NCBI GenBank assembly: GCA_963822945.1
Contig: CAWGJO010000039.1
Location: 12,943-76,942, forward strand
DNA from: an uncultured Gemmatimonadaceae bacterium
Lineage (GTDB): Bacteria; Gemmatimonadota; Gemmatimonadetes; Gemmatimonadales; Gemmatimonadaceae
Length of the DNA stretch: 64,000 nt
Direction of reading: 5' to 3'
The first letter of the stretch is position 1; the number at the start of each line of letters is the position of its first letter. Made by a program: the position numbers and the translations under genes. Below are positions 50,649-60,698 of the stretch, piece by piece. Below the pieces are notes generated by a model. It ran no database searches. It saw only the letters and a program-made list of their open reading frames with translations, and had not been told where the DNA came from.

Positions 50649-51902
50649 TCAGGCGGCCGCTTCGGTTTGCGGAACCACACGCGGGCGGAAGATGATGGCG
50701 AAGATGATGCCGATGGCGAGCGCCCCCACGGAGGGGATGAGCCAGATGTTGTGCCAGTTGTGGACGGTGGGGGCGCACTGGCCTGCCGCGGCCGCGGCGG
50801 CGGTGCACGACAGGTTCACGGTGGCGTAGTGATTGGCCACGGTGCCCGACACGAACGCGCCGATGAAATAGCCGAGGCCGTTGGTGACGAAGTTGATGAA
50901 TCCCTGGGCGGCGGCCCGGATCTTGGGGCCTGCCTTCTCGTCGGTGTAGATCTGCCCGGCCACGAAGAAGAAGTCATAGCACACCCCGTGGATCACGATT
51001 CCCAGATAGATGAGCCACATCCCCGACCCGGCATTCCCGTTGGCGAAGGCGAAGTAGCGCACCGCCCAGGCCAGCATGCCGCCCACCATGATGACCTTGA
51101 TCCCGAATCGGCGGAGCAGGAAGGGCAGCATGAGCAGGAACACGACCTCGAACATCTGCCCGAAGGTCTGGATGAACGCGGGCTCCGGGGCGCCGATCTC
51201 GTTGAGGAATGGATTCGCGAACGTGTAATAGAATTGCAGCGGGATGCAGAGCAGGAACGACCCGAGCACGAACACCAGGAAGTCGGGATCCTTGAGCAGT
51301 TCGAGGGCATCGAGGCCCAGCGCATCGCGCACGCTGAACGGCGCCCCTGCCGCCTTGGGCGGGGTGTGCGGGAGCGTCACCGAGAAGGCGGCCATCACCA
51401 GCGACGCTCCGGCGGCCACCTGCATGGGCAGCGCCAGCGCGTCGGCGCGCAGTTCCCGGCCGATCAGCCAGCCGGCGGCGATCCACCCCACCGTTCCGAG
51501 TACGCGAATGAGAGGGAAGTCGTGCGCCGCGTCCTTCACGTGGTGAAAGGAGATGGAATTGGTCAGGGACAGCGTCGGCATGAAGCACAACGCGTACAGG
51601 ATGAGCAGCGGGTAGAACGTGGAGAAGGCGGTCTGCCGGGAGACGATCCACATGACGATGGCTCCCGCGAAATGCAGGAGCGCCAGCAGTTTCTCCGTAT
51701 CGAAGAAGCGATCCGCCACCATGCCGACGAAGAAGGGCGAGACGATGGCGGCGATGGCCGTGGCGCCGTAGGCCAGGCCAATTTGCGAATCGGTGAACTT
51801 GAGCGTCGTACCCAGGTAGGTGCCCATCGTGACGAACCAGGCCCCCCAGATGAAGTACTGGAGGAACATCATCACCGAGAGCTTCGTGCGGACGGTGTTC
51901 AC
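50649..51902 (-). CDS. nucleoside:H+ symporter family MFS permease (NupG/YegT-like)
   Basis: [31 protein letters not shown] and [15 protein letters not shown]. Confidence 0.92.
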   Translation of the reverse strand: MNTVRTKLSVMMFLQYFIWGAWFVTMGTYLGTTLKFTDSQIGLAYGATAIAAIVSPFFVGMVADRFFDTEKLLALLHFAGAIVMWIVSRQTAFSTFYPLLILYALCFMPTLSLTNSISFHHVKDAAHDFPLIRVLGTVGWIAAGWLIGRELRADALALPMQVAAGASLVMAAFSVTLPHTPPKAAGAPFSVRDALGLDALELLKDPDFLVFVLGSFLLCIPLQFYYTFANPFLNEIGAPEPAFIQTFGQMFEVVFLLMLPFLLRRFGIKVIMVGGMLAWAVRYFAFANGNAGSGMWLIYLGIVIHGVCYDFFFVAGQIYTDEKAGPKIRAAAQGFINFVTNGLGYFIGAFVSGTVANHYATVNLSCTAAAAAAGQCAPTVHNWHNIWLIPSVGALAIGIIFAIIFRPRVVPQTEAAA

Positions 51903-52071
51903 GAGTTTTCGCCTCCGAATTGGCGGGAACCGGGACGGTGCGCGGAACGGGCGGGCGCGATTTACGCGACGATGGACGGCCGCGTAAATTACGGCCCGGG
52001 TGCATTTTCGCCACCAGAACCTTGCGCGAAACTGTTCAGGAGGGAAGTGTTAGGCCGTGTCCGCAACCCCA

Positions 52072-52875
52072 ATGTCGAACCCGACCATTTCCGACGACGT
52101 GCTGGTTGAGGCGTGCGTCGACACCGTGGAGTCCGCGCGCGCGGCGGAGGCCGGCGGCGCCGGCCGTATCGAGCTGTGCGACAACCTCTACGAGGGGGGC
52201 ACGACACCGAGCCCGGGGCTGATCGCGGTGGTCAGGGAGCGCGTGAACATCCCCATCCACGTACTCGTGCGCCCACGGGGCGGCGACTTCATGTATGACG
52301 AGGACGAGGTGCGGGTGATGCTCGGCGACATCGCCTTCGCCAAGGAAGTGGGGGTGAGCGGGGTCGTGCTCGGCGCGCTGTTCGCCAACGGCGCCGTGGA
52401 CGACCGCAGCACACGCCTGCTCGTGGAGGCGGCGCGGCCGCTCTCGGTCACGTTCCACCGCGCGTTCGACCTGGTGCGCGACCCGTTCGAGGCGCTGGAC
52501 ACGCTGATGGCGCTCGGCGTGGACCGCGTGCTGACCTCGGGCGGCGCCGCCACGGCCATAGAAGGACTGGAAACCCTGGCCGCCCTGGCCTGGCGCTCGG
52601 AAGGACGTGGGACGATCATCGCGGCCGGCGGGATCACCGAGCACACGGTGGGCCGCGTCATCAACGAGGCCGGCGTGAGCGAGGTCCACGTGCGCGCCAG
52701 CAAGCGCCGCGACAGCGAGATGACCTTCCGCCGCGAGAACGTCACCCTCGGCCGGGCCTACGTGCCCGACGAGTACGCGCGGGTGGTCACGACCGCCGAC
52801 CTGCTCAAGCGGATCGTGGACGCGTCGATCGAAGCGCACACCCCGGACGAGACGCTCGAGCCCAGCGTCGACTGA
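52072..52875 (+). CDS. cutC: CutC family protein
   Basis: EACVD, RIELCDNLYEGGTTPS, RPRGGDF, TFHRAFD and RVLTSGG. Confidence 0.95.
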   Translation: MSNPTISDDVLVEACVDTVESARAAEAGGAGRIELCDNLYEGGTTPSPGLIAVVRERVNIPIHVLVRPRGGDFMYDEDEVRVMLGDIAFAKEVGVSGVVLGALFANGAVDDRSTRLLVEAARPLSVTFHRAFDLVRDPFEALDTLMALGVDRVLTSGGAATAIEGLETLAALAWRSEGRGTIIAAGGITEHTVGRVINEAGVSEVHVRASKRRDSEMTFRRENVTLGRAYVPDEYARVVTTADLLKRIVDASIEAHTPDETLEPSVD

Positions 52876-52896
52876 GCCGGCCCCGGCCGCGACGCG

Positions 52897-53740
52897 TCAG
52901 AAGGTCAGCGCGTTCAGATACTTGAAACTCGCGCGGGCCGACGCGAAGGGGTCGGGCGGGTTGTCGTGCTCCACGAAGCAGTGCTGGAGTCCCGCCCGCT
53001 TGAACGCCGCCAGGATCTTCGGGAAGTCGATCGTGCCGGCCCCCACATCGGCCATCCGGCCGTCGGCCGTGCGATCCTTGGCGTGGACCATCGGGAAGCG
53101 CCCGGGATACTTCGCCAGATAGGCCAGCGGGTCGCGCCCGCCGGTCACCATCCAGTAGATGTCGATCTCGAACACCACGAGCGACGGATCGCATTCGGCG
53201 AGCAGCAGGTCGTAGGGCACCTGGCCGTCCACCGGCTTGAATTCCTCGGCGTGGTTGTGGAAGCCGAACTGCAGCCCCGCCTTCCTGGCCGCCGCGCCGG
53301 CGGCGTTGAAGCGCGCCGCAATCCGCTTCATGCCGTCGGGCGAGAGATCCCGGCTGGGGAACGACGGACAGATGATGTACGACTGCCCGAGCGTGAGGGC
53401 GTCGTCGAGCATCGCCGGCCAGGCGCTCATGTCGTCGGGCAGTCCGACGTGCGAGGACGGCGCCACGAGGCCGTGCCGGTCGAGCATCTTGCGTACGTCG
53501 GCCGCCGAGTGGTTGAACAACCCGGCGAATTCCACCTCGCGATAGCCGATGCCGGCGATGGTCGCGAGCGTGGAGTCGACGTCCTTCGCCATCTCGCGGC
53601 GTACCGTGTAGAGCTGGATGCCGATGGGCCCGAGGCTGCCTGCCGGCGCGGCCGCCCCACTCGCCGGCGGCGAGCCGCGGCAACAGCGCGCCGCCGGCGA
53701 CGGCGCCCAGCGTGGTGCGGAGAAAATCGCGTCGTTGCAT
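52897..53740 (-). CDS. Tat-exported sugar phosphate isomerase/epimerase TIM-barrel protein; frameshift at about 53656
   Basis: The MQRRDFL signal is in one frame. GIQLYTVR, FHNHAEEF, EIDIYW, HAKD and FVEHD are in the next. Confidence 0.88.
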
Positions 53741-53747
53741 GAGTCCC

Positions 53748-55349
53748 CTACCCCTTCTTTCCGGTGAGCCAGCCGTTGCGGATCTTCAGCTGTTCGGCCG
53801 TGGCGCCGGGCACCGGCGCGATGGTCCACTGCGCGCCCTGGCGGTCGAGACGCAGTCCGGCGCCGGCCAGCACCCGGTCGAAGTCCACGTCGTCGGTGCC
53901 GCCGACATGGCGCTCGAACCAGTCGTGCATGTTCATGCCGGCGGCCGCGCTCACCGCCTGCTCCACGTCGTTCTCGGTGTAGCCGCGGCCCTGGAGGTAG
54001 TACGAGGCGTTCGGCTGGTACCACGACCGTTTCCGCAGGTTGTCGAACGCGTCGCCGAGCGCCTTCGTGTTGTGCGAGCGCTCGCGGATGAGCAGATCGA
54101 GGTAGAGCGCGCGCCCGGCGCCGGCGTAGTAGTACGAGAAGAAGATGTCGTTGCGGTTCACCGGCTGGGCCGATGCGGCCTGATCCCAGAACGGCGCTTC
54201 GAACGACGCCATGCGCGGCGACACTTCCTTCCGGCCCGGCGCCGTGAGGTTCATCTGCACGATGCGCGCCGCGGCGGTGAGCATCTCCGCCTCATCGGTG
54301 ATGCCGGCGCGGTGCAGCGCCATCATGCCGTAGTACTGGGTCCACCCTTCGGCCACCCAGAGGCTCGGCTCGTAGCGCTCCTTCGTGTAGTCGAAGGGTC
54401 CGAGCAGCATCGGGCGCACGCGCTTCACGTTCCAGACGTGGAAGTACTCGTGCGCGGCGGTGCGGACGCCGGCGAGCACCGGGGCGTCGCTCTGCCAGGG
54501 GTTGCGGTCGGCGATCTGGGTGGAGAACAGGTGCTCCATGCCGTCGCCGCCCGGGAATCCGATGTGGAAGAGGAAGGTGTACATCTTGAGGGGTGGCGGT
54601 CCGAACACCGAATTCTCGTACGTGACGATCTTCCGGACGTCACCCACGAACCGCGCCCGCTCCTGGGGCGTGGTGGGCCCGTTGTGGTGGACCATGGTGC
54701 GGTAGAGCACGCCGTCCACTCTGAAACTGTCGACCATGAAGTGCGGCGCCACCTCGGTGGGCGTGTCCACCAGCCGGTCGTAGTTCTCGAACCGGTAGTC
54801 CACCTGGTCGTTGGTCGTCGCGTCGCCGTTGATGATGTGCCACCCCGGGGGCAGCACGACGTGCAGGGATACCGGATCGGGCTTGTGCCGCTCCACGTAC
54901 ATGAAGAGCGACGGGCCGTTCCAGGTGGCGTGGATCGTGTCGAGTACGCTGAACGTGCCCGACATCGGCGCGTCGGCGTACGCCAGATAGGTCACGCGAA
55001 CGGCCGTCCGGCCCCGCGTGTGGATCCGCCAGCGCGACCCATCGGTGCGGTCCCATGTCACGGGCTGCCCGCCGGGAGTGGTGACCGCGAACCGCTGGAC
55101 GTTCTTGGCGAAGAACATCGGCGCGTACCGGCCCGGTGACCACACCGGCATCTGGAGAATCAGCGAATCGCCGGTGAGCCGGCCGACGTCGATCTGCAGG
55201 TGATACAGATGCGACGCCGGATCGGGCATCGAGATCTGGTAGGCGATGGAATAGGCCGGCTGCTGGGCGGCCGCGGCTCGCGGAAGAACGGTTGCCGCCA
55301 GGAGGGCGGCCCCGGTGGCCGCCGTACGGGCGATGCGGGGTACGTGCAC
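53748..55349 (-). CDS. M61 glycyl aminopeptidase family metallopeptidase
   Basis: MPVWSPGRY, GMEH, HEYFHVWNVKRVRP and LWVAEGWTQYY. Confidence 0.92.
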   Translation of the reverse strand: MHVPRIARTAATGAALLAATVLPRAAAAQQPAYSIAYQISMPDPASHLYHLQIDVGRLTGDSLILQMPVWSPGRYAPMFFAKNVQRFAVTTPGGQPVTWDRTDGSRWRIHTRGRTAVRVTYLAYADAPMSGTFSVLDTIHATWNGPSLFMYVERHKPDPVSLHVVLPPGWHIINGDATTNDQVDYRFENYDRLVDTPTEVAPHFMVDSFRVDGVLYRTMVHHNGPTTPQERARFVGDVRKIVTYENSVFGPPPLKMYTFLFHIGFPGGDGMEHLFSTQIADRNPWQSDAPVLAGVRTAAHEYFHVWNVKRVRPMLLGPFDYTKERYEPSLWVAEGWTQYYGMMALHRAGITDEAEMLTAAARIVQMNLTAPGRKEVSPRMASFEAPFWDQAASAQPVNRNDIFFSYYYAGAGRALYLDLLIRERSHNTKALGDAFDNLRKRSWYQPNASYYLQGRGYTENDVEQAVSAAAGMNMHDWFERHVGGTDDVDFDRVLAGAGLRLDRQGAQWTIAPVPGATAEQLKIRNGWLTGKKG

Positions 55350-55412
55350 GATGGGTCCTCGTGATGGAATGCGCCAAGCATGCCGCTCCGCACGCCGGCG
55401 GTCAATCGGGGG

Positions 55413-56282
55413 TCAGATCGGCGGCGGGGGCCGGCCGCGCGGATCGGCCTTGCGTCGCACCACGCGCACGGCGAGCAGCCCGCGGTCGGCGCGGTCGATC
55501 ATCCGCATGAGCGGTTCGTTCGACTGTCGCGCCGCCCACCCCAGGGAGAACGGTACCGGCGCCGAATGCTCGCCCGACTCGCGCAGCCGGTCGGCGATCG
55601 CCTCCGCCTGCCCCACGTCGGCGTCCACGAGGATCACCACGAATTCGTCGCCGCCCACGCGCACCACGGCCTCCTCGGCGCGCACGTGCCGCATCAGGAA
55701 GCGCGCCATGCGCATGAGAATACGGTCGCCCGCCTGATGTCCGAACTCGTCGTTGTACTGCTTGAAGTGATCGATGTCGATGAACAGACACGCCCACTTG
55801 CCCGCCGGATCCTGCCGGAACTGCTCGTCGAGCCGGTCGAGATATCGCCGGTTGAGCGCACCGGTGAGCGCATCGTGCGTGGACAGCTCGACGAGTTCCG
55901 CTTCGAGCTGCTTACGCGGCGTGATGTCCACCAGGACGCCGTGGTAGAAGACCTCGTCCGATTCGGGATTGCGCACCACGTAGCTCGTGTCCAGCACCGT
56001 GCGCACCTGTCCGTCGGGCCGGCGCAACTCGAGTTCGAAGTTGCGGACCATGCCGTCGCGGGCCAGCAATTCGCGCTGCGCGTCGCGCTGCGTCGGGTCC
56101 ACCAGCAGGTCGCGTGCGCTGTACGGCTCCAGTTCGGCCACCGACTCGACGCCCAACATCGCGAGGAAGGCGGGGTTCGCGTCGAGAATCCGCCCGTCCA
56201 GCGACGTGATGTACAATCCCTCGTCGAGGTTGCGGACGAACTGCCGGAGCACTTCGGGATTGGAGAGCGAGCGATAGGGCAT
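55413..56282 (-). CDS. PAS-GGDEF diguanylate cyclase
   Basis: PAS domain (GRILDANPAF), HDALTGALNRR, DIDHFKQYNDEFGH and RVGGDEF. No RxxD I-site. Confidence 0.93.
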   Translation of the reverse strand: MPYRSLSNPEVLRQFVRNLDEGLYITSLDGRILDANPAFLAMLGVESVAELEPYSARDLLVDPTQRDAQRELLARDGMVRNFELELRRPDGQVRTVLDTSYVVRNPESDEVFYHGVLVDITPRKQLEAELVELSTHDALTGALNRRYLDRLDEQFRQDPAGKWACLFIDIDHFKQYNDEFGHQAGDRILMRMARFLMRHVRAEEAVVRVGGDEFVVILVDADVGQAEAIADRLRESGEHSAPVPFSLGWAARQSNEPLMRMIDRADRGLLAVRVVRRKADPRGRPPPPI

Positions 56283-56442
56283 GCGAGATAACATCCTCCA
56301 ACGGCGCTTGGCGCGCCATATCGGCGATTCTTCGGGCACCGTGACCGCTATCACATGTCACCGCAGTAGCTCTGGCGCGTCATTCAACCTGACGCGAGGT
56401 TACGTAGTTCCTGCATCCATACCGACACTGGAAATCATTGCC

Positions 56443-56883
56443 ATGTTCACCAAACGTCCGCCCGAGCCGCCCAATCCGCTTCCCACGGGATACTCGGTGT
56501 TCGACACCCAGATGATCGTCGAGGGCGATGTGGAAACCGACGGGACGCTCCGCGTGGATGGGAGTATGCGCGGCAACGTGCGCCGGGCAGATGTCGTCGT
56601 CGTCGCCACGGGGGCCTCGATCACGGGCAACGTGTCGGCGCGCGAAGTCATCATCGGCGGAACCATCAACGGCAACGTGACGGCCGTGGAGCGCATCGAA
56701 CTGCAGGAGTCCGGCACCGTCGCGGGTGACATCGAGGCGGCGGCGGTGAATATTCAGGAAGGGGGCAAGGTGGACGGACGGATGTCGATTCATCCCGTCT
56801 CGTCGAGCCAGCGAAGCGCCGAGAGCAACGCGCCCCGCGCCACTCCGCAGGTCAGCGCCGCCTTTGGCGGTGAGGTCGCCTGA
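56443..56883 (+). CDS. bactofilin (polymer-forming cytoskeletal protein)
   Basis: VEGDVETDGTLRVDG, ITGNV and VAGDI...IQEGGKVDG. Confidence 0.92.
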   Translation: MFTKRPPEPPNPLPTGYSVFDTQMIVEGDVETDGTLRVDGSMRGNVRRADVVVVATGASITGNVSAREVIIGGTINGNVTAVERIELQESGTVAGDIEAAAVNIQEGGKVDGRMSIHPVSSSQRSAESNAPRATPQVSAAFGGEVA

Positions 56884-56894
56884 GGCGATTCCCA

Positions 56895-57719
56895 ATGCCA
56901 AAATCAGGGAAGGACACGCACCGTCGCCGTTGGACGGTCCTGATCGTTCCACCACACCCTACCGCGAAGACCCGGATGTTCCGGATTCACGGCCACCAGG
57001 TGCGCGCGGTGGTAGGCGCGGCGCTGGTCGCGTTCGTGGCATACACCGGCTGGTCGCTGCTCGAAGCAATGCAGGTGAACGCCAGCGCGTCGCAGCTCGC
57101 GGAAGTGCACCGGCTGGTCCTGTCGCTCAACGACAGCCTCCTGGCGGCCCAGCAGCGCGCCGATTCGGCGCTGCAGCTGGCGGCCGTCACGGCCAACGTC
57201 GCGCGCGGGCCGACGCTGATCACGCGCAAGGCCCGGTTCGCGAACCCCGCCGGCGTGAGCACGGCGGCCGTCGGCGTGCTGCTGCCGGTAAAGGGCATCA
57301 TCACCAGCGCCTTCGCGCAATCGCGCTGGGAGCCGATCCTGCACCTGTTCCGCCCGCACGAGGGCGTGGACATCTCGGCACCCGAGGGCACGAAGATCCG
57401 CGCGCCGGCTGACGGCCGTGTGAGCTTCGTGGGACACAAGCTGGGCTACGGGTTGGTGGTGGAACTCAACCACGGCGGCGGCGTGAGCACGCTCTACGCG
57501 CACTGCCAGTCGATCCTCGTTCACGTGGGCGACTACGTGGCCGTGGGCGGCGCCATCGCGACGGTCGGCTCCACCGGCCTGTCCACCGCCCCGCACGTGC
57601 ACTTCGAGGTGATCGTGAACGGGCGGCACATGGATCCGCTCAAGTACCTGATCGAGCCCCCGGAACCCGTCACGGCGCCCGTGGCCACCTTCGCCGCCGG
57701 CGATCACGATCAGCAGTAG
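56895..57719 (+). CDS. M23 family peptidase with an N-terminal TM and coiled coil
   Basis: HEGVDI, APADG, TLYAHC and GSTGLSTAPHVHFEV. Confidence 0.93.
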   Translation: MPKSGKDTHRRRWTVLIVPPHPTAKTRMFRIHGHQVRAVVGAALVAFVAYTGWSLLEAMQVNASASQLAEVHRLVLSLNDSLLAAQQRADSALQLAAVTANVARGPTLITRKARFANPAGVSTAAVGVLLPVKGIITSAFAQSRWEPILHLFRPHEGVDISAPEGTKIRAPADGRVSFVGHKLGYGLVVELNHGGGVSTLYAHCQSILVHVGDYVAVGGAIATVGSTGLSTAPHVHFEVIVNGRHMDPLKYLIEPPEPVTAPVATFAAGDHDQQ

Positions 57720-57896
57720 CCGGCCCCACCGCCGGTTCACGGGCTAAGAATCCGCTAAGCCCGGGGCCGTCGCTCCCTCCCTGCCCCCGCTGCCGCCGAT
57801 ATTTCCGGCGTCGGCAGAACGCGCCGCACCCGAGATGCTCGGGCCGGCTGCGTTCGCCAAGCATGCGGGCGCGCGGCCGCGCGCCACGGAGGCAAG

Positions 57897-58169
57897 ATGG
57901 AAGGATTCGGCATCGAAAAGCTGGCGATGATTCTGCTCATCGTGATGGTGCTTTTCGGCGGTAAGCGCATTCCCGAGATCGGAGCGTCGTTGGGCAAGGG
58001 CATCCGCGAGTTCAAGCGCGGTATCAATGACATCGGGAGATCCGTCGATGACGACGATCTGCCGCGTACGCATCCCGCCGCGTCGCTCCCCGCGAGCACG
58101 ATGGCGGAGTCGGTGGTGTACGATCCCGATCCCGACCGCGGCGCGCCCAAGCGCCTGATCGAGAGCTGA
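57897..58169 (+). CDS. tatA: twin-arginine translocase TatA/E
   Basis: LFGGKRIPEIGASLGKGIREFK. GGAGG RBS. Confidence 0.93.
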   Translation: MEGFGIEKLAMILLIVMVLFGGKRIPEIGASLGKGIREFKRGINDIGRSVDDDDLPRTHPAASLPASTMAESVVYDPDPDRGAPKRLIES

Positions 58170-58192
58170 GGCTCCACCAGCGGCCGGCGACG

Positions 58193-59410
58193 CTACCGGC
58201 CGCCGGGCACGATCCCGTCGGGCCCGAACCTGGCGCGCACCTGATCCACGGCGCGCGCCACCGCGCGGTCACGGTCGGTTTCCACGATCGGGTCGCGCTC
58301 GCGCTCGAACAGCGCCAGCTGATCGGCCGCTTCGTCTTCGGCCAGCGAGGTCAGCGCCACACCCAGCAACCGCGCCGGCACCGAGCGCCCTGACCGCAGG
58401 CGCGTGAGGAGTTGGCGGGCGATCGCGAGAATCACCCGGTCGCTCATGACCCCCTCCTCCACCGTCCGGCTGGCCGACCGCGTGCGGAAGTCGTGATCGC
58501 GGATCCGCACCGTCACGGTGCGCGCGGCCAGCCCCTCGGCGCGGAGGTCCGACGCCGCCCGCGTGACCAGCGCCAACAGCTCGCGCCGCAGCGCGGCGTC
58601 GTCGGCGATGTCCTGCGGAAAGGTCTCGTCGCGGCTGATGCTCTTGGTCTCGAGCCGCGGCGCCACGGCGCGCGCGTCTACCCCGCGCACGCGATCGTAC
58701 AGCCAGGCGGCCTCGCGGGCGCCGATCCAGCGGGTGAGGGTGGCCACGTCGTACTGCAGCACATCGGGCACCGTCCGCATGCCGAGCTTGGCGAGTCGCT
58801 CCTGGAAGCGGGGCCCGATCATCGGGATGTCGGCCAGGGCAACGTCCCGGAGAAATTCGGCCTCGGCACCCGGCGGCACCACGTGCACGCCCGTGGCGTC
58901 GGTTCCGGGCTTCGGCTTGGCGCGCTCGACGGCCAGCTTGGCCACGAGCTTGGACGTGCCCCCGCCGAACGAGACGCCGAGCCCGGTCTCCCGGCCGATC
59001 ATGTCGCGGATGCGGTATGCCGTCTCGGCCAGCGGTTCGTACCGGTAGAGCGATTCGGTGCCGGCCAGATCGAGGTACCACTCATCGATGCTCGCCCCCT
59101 CGACCACCGGCGCGAACCGTTCGAGCACCTGACGGATCTCCCCACTCTTTTGCTGGCAGGCCTTCCGTGGCACGGGCACGCACGCGGCCTGGGGGCAGAG
59201 CCGCAGGGCGCGGGCGATCGGCATGGCCGAGCGCACGCCGTACGCCCGCGTCTCGTAGGAGGCGGAACACACCACGCCGCGGCTCTGCCGTGTGCCGCCG
59301 ACGATGAGCAGCGGTTCCCGTCCCGCGCCCTCCGGGTCCACGAGCCGCGCCACGGCCACGAAGAACGCATCGGCATCGGCCAGCAGAATGCGGCGCGGCG
59401 GCGCGCTCAC
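58193..59410 (-). CDS. dinB: DNA polymerase IV
   Basis: ILLADADAFFVAV, SASYETRAYGVRSAMP, SIDEWYLD, KLVAKLA and KSISRDETF. Confidence 0.92.
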   Translation of the reverse strand: MSAPPRRILLADADAFFVAVARLVDPEGAGREPLLIVGGTRQSRGVVCSASYETRAYGVRSAMPIARALRLCPQAACVPVPRKACQQKSGEIRQVLERFAPVVEGASIDEWYLDLAGTESLYRYEPLAETAYRIRDMIGRETGLGVSFGGGTSKLVAKLAVERAKPKPGTDATGVHVVPPGAEAEFLRDVALADIPMIGPRFQERLAKLGMRTVPDVLQYDVATLTRWIGAREAAWLYDRVRGVDARAVAPRLETKSISRDETFPQDIADDAALRRELLALVTRAASDLRAEGLAARTVTVRIRDHDFRTRSASRTVEEGVMSDRVILAIARQLLTRLRSGRSVPARLLGVALTSLAEDEAADQLALFERERDPIVETDRDRAVARAVDQVRARFGPDGIVPGGR

Positions 59411-60078
59411 CCCACGTACACGTAGCTGAGCCCGCGTTCCTGCGCCCGGTTCACGGCGATCACCCCCGCCACCACCTCCACGGCGCCGGGCACCAGGTGG
59501 GCGCGGAAGTCGGCCAGCACGGTCGCCGCCTCGGCGCCGGCGGCCTTGGCCGCCTGACCGGCGAAGAACGCCATCGCCATGCCGCACACCGTGAACACGG
59601 CACCACGCGAATGCAGCGCCGCCAGGCTGCCGCTCGACTTCCGGGTATCGTCCGCCGAGCCGGCGACGGTGTTGCGGGCGGCCGGCTTGCCGCCGTTCGG
59701 ATCGGCGTGGTCCAGCAGCGCTCCCAGCCCGTACTTGCTCCACATCGCGTCGTCGAGTCCCATGGCGAACGCTGCGTGGCGGAACGACACCACGACGTTC
59801 ACCTCGGAGTCGGCGAGCCCGTAGCCGTCGTTGTTGGCGTTCAGAAAGTTGCGGGCGAACGCCGTGCCGTCGGAGGCCTTCTCGGGCGACAGCACGTCAT
59901 AGATCTGGCGGTGCTTGCCGGTGAGCGCGTCGAGCCAGTGGTCGGGGTCTTCGGACGGCAGCCGGAAGGCACGTTCGGCACGCGCCGTGCTGGGCAGGCC
60001 GGCGGCGGCGAGCGCGGCGGCGCCGGCCGCGAGGCGGCCCAGGAATCCGCGGCGTGGGAGGGCGGAAGACGGGGTCAT
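59407..60078 (-). CDS. Tat-signal DsrE-like protein
   Basis: PRRGFLGRL twin-Arg signal, FTVCGMAM, and GVIAVNRAQERGLSY at the C-terminus. Confidence 0.75.
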   Translation of the reverse strand: MTPSSALPRRGFLGRLAAGAAALAAAGLPSTARAERAFRLPSEDPDHWLDALTGKHRQIYDVLSPEKASDGTAFARNFLNANNDGYGLADSEVNVVVSFRHAAFAMGLDDAMWSKYGLGALLDHADPNGGKPAARNTVAGSADDTRKSSGSLAALHSRGAVFTVCGMAMAFFAGQAAKAAGAEAATVLADFRAHLVPGAVEVVAGVIAVNRAQERGLSYVYVG

Positions 60079-60524
60079 GGCACAACCTCCGAAGCGGTGG
60101 GGGGATCGGCAGCGGGACTGGCCGTCACGTGCCGGGTGTTGCCGACGCGTGCCACGCGGACGGCGTGGGCGCGCACGGTGGCGTGCGCCGAATCGGCGCG
60201 GTCGAGCGGGGTCACGCTCAGAACCACGCCGGAGTCGGCGGCGGTCACCACCACCGACCCGAGCCCCTTGTTGACCACGAGATCGGCGGGCGTGGCCAGG
60301 AGCAACGAACTATCGGGTTCCATGGCCACGATGCGCGAACGGATCCCCAGTTGCAGCGTGCCCGCAACGTGGACGGTGAAGTGCGCCTGGGCCGTATCGT
60401 TCCGCGCGCTGGCCACGTGGACGCCGAATTCGCCAGGCGGCTTGGGCGGCGCGGGGCGGCATGCGGCCAGGAGCACGAGCACGAGCGCGAGCACGCCGTA
60501 GCGGGGATGGAGGTGGTATCGCAT
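60075..60524 (-). CDS. hypothetical lipoprotein
   Basis: LVLVLLAA-C lipobox. ATGA overlap with the downstream gene. Confidence 0.65.
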   Translation of the reverse strand: MRYHLHPRYGVLALVLVLLAACRPAPPKPPGEFGVHVASARNDTAQAHFTVHVAGTLQLGIRSRIVAMEPDSSLLLATPADLVVNKGLGSVVVTAADSGVVLSVTPLDRADSAHATVRAHAVRVARVGNTRHVTASPAADPPTASEVVP

Positions 60525-60698
60525 TGCCCCAAGATGGCGGGCCGGGCCGCCCGGGGCCACTGGCCGGCTGCGCCGTCCACCGGCGCTGCATACATCGCGG
60601 TTCACCTTCCCGCTTTCGAATTCGGCGGCAAGGGGGTCCGCAATCGGGCCGGTTCTCCGTATATCGGCCCATCCCCAAGCACCTCCAAGCGACCACCC

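Noticed and set aside
57720..57896. Several hairpins upstream of tatA
   Set aside because: Imperfect GC-rich stems with no recognisable motif or U-tract, compatible with chance or a simple terminator.
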